This document shows positions 52,001-55,415 of a stretch of 55,415 nucleotides of DNA, in pieces. The translations under genes were made by a program, and so were the position numbers. The number at the start of each line of letters is the position of its first letter. Position 1 is the stretch's first letter. The notes below the pieces were generated by a model. The model was not told where the DNA came from. It was given only the letters and a program-made list of their open reading frames with translations, and ran no database searches. Source of the DNA: a candidate division WOR-3 bacterium (lineage in GTDB: Bacteria > Hydrothermota > UBA3072 > B12-G15); the NCBI GenBank assembly GCA_965649055.1, contig CBFGJG010000010.1, positions 1 to 55,415 on the forward strand, read 5' to 3'.

Positions 52001-53821
52001 ACTACAGGAACAGGGCTTAAAGTGCTTCTCTGGGAGGCACCAAATATTGCAGATAAGACTTATTACAGCTCTTCTTGGAGAAACTGGGCACCTTCAGGTG
52101 CTACCTTTTGGGGAAGAATGCCTATTACTTATTCAATCTGGATAAGACACGACCATCCAACTCTTTCTTATTATAGACCTTCTTCTTGGACATGGCCTGC
52201 TGTCTTAACAAATACATCAGGGACACAGACATTACCAACAATTATAAATGGATGCTGGCCTGGTCAGACAATATATTCACATATGGCATTCATAAACCGC
52301 TCAACAAGGAATATAAATACAACAAGCCCAAGGACTGCAAGGGGGACATGGGAAAATCATTTCTTCCTTGATAATCATTCAAGATGGTATGGAACTGCAA
52401 CAAACCTTAACCAATATACAACTTTAACTTATGTAAATCAAACTATTTATGTCCCAGGTGGAAGGCATACTGTGATGCTTTATGGTGATAGAACAAACAA
52501 TGTTATGGGTAATGTTATGAATGTTCAATACAGATTCTGGGGAAAGCAGTATTCATTAGCAGCACCAAATTTCCCTTCTGATTCATCAATAAAAGAACCC
52601 TGGGTCCCACCTATGACAGGACCTTTTGCAGGTGATTACCCAAATATCACTGCTTATAAACTGAAATTCCCGGGAACAAACACAAAATACTATTGTTTTG
52701 CAGTCCGTCCTATAAGGATGAATATTGCATCAGATACTATTGATATCGATATTGAAGTATATTCTGATTTCCCGACCTCACCTTACAATGGATATACAAA
52801 TTTCATAATTGGTTCAGGGCTTGGTCCTGGAAAGGTTGATTTCGTTGTTTTCAATGATAAGAATTATGATTCACTTGCAGCAGGTATATATAACTTCCTT
52901 GATGCAAGGGATTCTGCATTCGTAGATTTCAGGGCAGGTAATAAATACATAACAAACTGGTCTTCTACAAGGGTTGCAGCAGCGGTTGATTCATTTAAGA
53001 GCGCAAAGGATGTTGTGAAGGTTTATAACTTCGTTGTTCCAACAACTGCACAATATGCCTGCTCTGTAAAATCACTTGCAGGAACAAATGTTGGTATTGC
53101 AATATTCCCAAAAGGGAGTATCTTCTCCCGTTCAAGGGCACTAAAAGAAGATGACGATGGTGGTGCAGGTGTTATGGAAGGATTTGCAAATATCTCACTC
53201 ACTGCCGGTGATACACTTGCTGTTGTTATCTGGAAGAATGATAACTATGAGGCTAAAGCACCTGTTCCCTGCTCTCTCTTCATAAGGAGACAATCAGATG
53301 GTTATTATGGTGGCCAACCACTTTCAACACACCTGATAGAACTTTCATATTTTGCAACATATGAAGGTGTGAATATAATGTTCACCACCTACAATATTGA
53401 ATATGTTGAGATATACAGAAAATCTGATAATTCTGACTATGAACTTATAACAAAGACAAACAGTTCACCATTTATTGATAAGAATGTTGAGAATGGAAAG
53501 ACATATGATTACAGGTTGAATTTTGTCTTCACTGATGGATACAACGAAGAAAAAACATTCAGTATAACATATTACGGGATAACGAAACTTGATATCACTT
53601 ACGATACAAAGACAAATAGAATGATTCTTTATATACCAAAAGATGGTGAATACAGGGTCTCAATATACGATATAACTGGAAGACTGATTACTGAACCTAT
53701 TTCAGGGAATCAGAAATATGGCATATTAAGGATTCCTGTTGATATAAAAAATGGTATCTATTTTGTGGTTGCAGAAGGGAATAAAGAAAAGAAGATACTG
53801 AAGATCCCGATAATCAGATAA
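49055..53821 (+). CDS. Large S8 (subtilisin-family) serine peptidase with T9SS-like CTD
   Basis: Triad IAIMDTG / YHGT / SGTSAATPHVAG, oxyanion AVGNSG; C-terminal IYDITGRLI...NGIYFV. Confidence 0.9.
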   Translation: MAYLFLILSIINPKLQAKLDKMKSDDVINIVIQLPSADYNYAWKLKSEGYDPFAYLKEFCYSTQQPFVDFLIKNGIKKDDIIQLYIANKIGVHNVPKGLVLSLENELGKNTVDIREDEVVAQIPPNETYVPLSNFFPGEDYVSPSQENIKTPHLWAKGYKGNGIVIAIMDTGADILNCPQIRHRWRKQSGWYYAANPTGITTPQDTFSNSGYHGTACSGLAVGEHGIGGAPGATLIVCGIMDATEAQMSLAYQRLINYDTLRPHITSNSWGFTSTLVTSFWDEMQSQMLANIITVAAVGNSGPSASTVTPPGSYPMVIGVGATYWDEEWVTEYSSRGPAPNQAPWTDTQWWPRSDWDRHKPDIIAPAEPTITIMAGGNWQTFSGTSAATPHVAGALALILQANTFGEYQDTARLRRIYRLITDYAYLQGAITTWPNDSFGWGRIDVEKILNNLPEPKVPHIFISNVRVKDHNNNTLSSGEVDTLYITLKNTGANATNVVAEIVYKDPSGININDGSSSYGTLNRFEEKENSSSDRFLVTMPVMGDTVWTYWTLRIRFQYTIDGVTKTDTIWDCFHLVSDFTNKPTYRDTLRNDDGTATTYYSAAYCAAQFSTPSYDTIIAVKYLLYQGAGTVCTLMVWNDNNGLPQDPPVYTQAFTADSVYTNWKTVWLTTKPVMSGNYWVGVWTPQGAATYPLSDNGASGVMAFKNQGGSWSINTTGDFMFRPYVGRNPVSTPLIRSLSYNINDKEFGNDNGIIEPSERVGLYISLKNLGVNAIQCTLWLVRADAYTQLRVTPIDTISYIKEINNGIDVANNYNDPWIIQFWDNDSLQSRNLNFKVKIKGRYGTGSTYTDSFNIAVREPFVPTWGDTFLYRFGSSPSGYLFIGSGNSGTTTYWATRFYFGNSRYDSFYIDSAYIRAYNDGSTARTMYFYLWRDSVATGFPGDTFCRASLSVNGNTSSLWRLLPRVRYLPGYVWYGQNCIIATTGTGLKVLLWEAPNIADKTYYSSSWRNWAPSGATFWGRMPITYSIWIRHDHPTLSYYRPSSWTWPAVLTNTSGTQTLPTIINGCWPGQTIYSHMAFINRSTRNINTTSPRTARGTWENHFFLDNHSRWYGTATNLNQYTTLTYVNQTIYVPGGRHTVMLYGDRTNNVMGNVMNVQYRFWGKQYSLAAPNFPSDSSIKEPWVPPMTGPFAGDYPNITAYKLKFPGTNTKYYCFAVRPIRMNIASDTIDIDIEVYSDFPTSPYNGYTNFIIGSGLGPGKVDFVVFNDKNYDSLAAGIYNFLDARDSAFVDFRAGNKYITNWSSTRVAAAVDSFKSAKDVVKVYNFVVPTTAQYACSVKSLAGTNVGIAIFPKGSIFSRSRALKEDDDGGAGVMEGFANISLTAGDTLAVVIWKNDNYEAKAPVPCSLFIRRQSDGYYGGQPLSTHLIELSYFATYEGVNIMFTTYNIEYVEIYRKSDNSDYELITKTNSSPFIDKNVENGKTYDYRLNFVFTDGYNEEKTFSITYYGITKLDITYDTKTNRMILYIPKDGEYRVSIYDITGRLITEPISGNQKYGILRIPVDIKNGIYFVVAEGNKEKKILKIPIIR

Positions 53822-53831
53822 TCTTTAATTT

Positions 53832-53858
53832 AAGGGGGAGTTAAACTCCCCCTTTTTT
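53832..53858 (+). terminator. Rho-independent terminator
   Basis: AAGGGGGAGT-TAA-ACTCCCCCTT followed by T tract. Confidence 0.9.
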
Positions 53859-53911
53859 CTTTTGACAAATCTTTTTTATCCCATATATTTATAATAAAAA
53901 ATGGAGGTTTT

Positions 53912-55415
53912 ATGAGAAGAATTTTTATGTTTTTCTTCATCACCTTCCTTATATCAGCACATACAATTGAACTTTACGATGGTTCAATTATCCAGACTGA
54001 TTTTATAATCCTTAAAGGTGATACAATATTCATAATGGATAAAACTATTCCAAGAAATGATGTTAAATCTATCATCTATGAAGCAGGTGAAGTCAAATAC
54101 GACGAGACTGAAAAATCAGATGTTTCAAATCTTCTAAAACTTGCTAATGAATTATATGATGTATTTGCTGAATATAAAGGTGTTGTCCTTATTGATGATG
54201 GATATTTTGAATTATTTCCAAATGGTGAAAGAAGCTATAGATATCATTTTGCAGGTCTTGTTTTAAAGGATGAAAGAAGGGAATGGGCAAATTTTGTAAG
54301 ATATTTTCAGGAAGATGCTGAAAGGTTCAAGGTTATACTTGCAAGGGTGATAAAAAAGAATGGTGAAGTGATAGAAATTGATAAATCAAAGATAAAGATA
54401 ACAAAACCAAGGCAGGATATGGAATTCTTTGGAAAAGGAAAGGTTGTCACATTTACATTCCCGAATGTTGAAATAGGTGATATTGTTGAATACATATATG
54501 AAGATTATGAGTTCAATCCATGGAATAAGGATTTCTTCGAAGTTTCCTGGTTTTTTGGTGGTGAAGACCCTGTTTATTATTCTAAGGTTTCAGTGAAATT
54601 ACCGGAAGGAAAAACATTGTATTATAAATTGAAAAATGTTCAGGATATAAAAATAGATTCTACTTATGATAAAGGTAAGATCTATACTTTTGAGCATTAC
54701 AACGCAATACCAATAATTCAAGAACCAAGGATGCCTTCACAAGAAGAGCTTTTACCTAAACTAATCTCAGGTATTTATAAAGACTGGGATTATATAATGA
54801 ACTGGTATGCTGAATTCCAGAAAAACAGGATGATTGTAACAAAGAAGATACAGGCATTAACAGATAGTATAATAAAGGATGCAAAGGAAGATGATGAGAA
54901 GATAGCAAGATTGTATCACTGGGTCCAGAGAAACATAAGATACATATCAATAAAAGGTGCTGCTTCAAGCAGTGTATCAGGACATAAGGCAGAAGAGACT
55001 TTAAAGAATGGTTATGGTGATTGCACAGATAAGTCGATACTTTTCTCAACGATGCTCAAAGCAGCAGGTATAGAAGCGTATCCTGTTTATCTTGAAACAA
55101 ACGATGGACCTGACCTTGTTGTTGAAATCCCTACATTCTGGGGTAATCACGCAATAGTTGAGGTATTTCCGAAAGATAAAGTGCCTTTCTTCTTGGACCC
55201 TGTTTCAACATTTAACAGATACCCATCTTTTGCATCTATGGACCATGGTGTCCATTCAATATGTGCTATGAAGAATGCAATTCATTTTATAAATGTTCCC
55301 GAACCTGAAAAGAACCACAGAAATTACAATTATGATATTTATATAAATAATGAACTTTCAGGTATTGTTAATTTCCTTTCAAACTATGAAGGTGATTACG
55401 AAGCAGGAATAAGAG
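53912..55415 (+). CDS. DUF3857 / transglutaminase-like domain protein (runs off the window end)
   Basis: Not in track (no stop in window). GGAGG SD, MRRIFMFF signal peptide; FPNVEIGDIVEY; WVQRNIRY; GDCTDKS, GNHAIV, FLDP (Cys-His-Asp). Confidence 0.88.
   Translation, partial: MRRIFMFFFITFLISAHTIELYDGSIIQTDFIILKGDTIFIMDKTIPRNDVKSIIYEAGEVKYDETEKSDVSNLLKLANELYDVFAEYKGVVLIDDGYFELFPNGERSYRYHFAGLVLKDERREWANFVRYFQEDAERFKVILARVIKKNGEVIEIDKSKIKITKPRQDMEFFGKGKVVTFTFPNVEIGDIVEYIYEDYEFNPWNKDFFEVSWFFGGEDPVYYSKVSVKLPEGKTLYYKLKNVQDIKIDSTYDKGKIYTFEHYNAIPIIQEPRMPSQEELLPKLISGIYKDWDYIMNWYAEFQKNRMIVTKKIQALTDSIIKDAKEDDEKIARLYHWVQRNIRYISIKGAASSSVSGHKAEETLKNGYGDCTDKSILFSTMLKAAGIEAYPVYLETNDGPDLVVEIPTFWGNHAIVEVFPKDKVPFFLDPVSTFNRYPSFASMDHGVHSICAMKNAIHFINVPEPEKNHRNYNYDIYINNELSGIVNFLSNYEGDYEAGIR

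Overview
AT-rich bacterial chromosome segment from a diderm organism. The evidence for that is beta-barrel-type genes, a lipoprotein and large secreted proteins with T9SS-like C-terminal domains. The K/E/I-rich proteins and gene content suggest an FCB-related lineage such as candidate WOR-3 (inference only). Most of the window is housekeeping: alr, guaA, rpe, rluB, scpB, asnS, gap-pgk-tpiA-secG-rplU-rpmA, ddl, uppP, metG-ricT-holB, era and pruA. It also holds a surface-glycosylation cluster, a nikR-OMP-nikMNQO nickel uptake operon with two matching palindromic operators, and large secreted proteins. The most striking structure is a RAYT-like HUH (Y1) transposase at 46874-47779 with a 28-bp GGGGTCAG-tipped repeat that occurs four times within 10 kb (38518, 46808, 47757, 48387). 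Two copies form inverted ends around the transposase. Copies 2 and 3 frame an N-terminally truncated yggS, supplying both its start and stop codons. The 38518 copy has replaced the C-terminus of nikO. This pattern suggests repeat-guided gene capture or module shuffling. Other notable items are two unannotated small ORFs after era (one Tat-like, one very basic), an exonuclease-DinG fusion with dead helicase motifs, many apparently leaderless promoters, ultra-short signal peptides and a structured 5' leader. No rRNA, tRNA or CRISPR array was seen.
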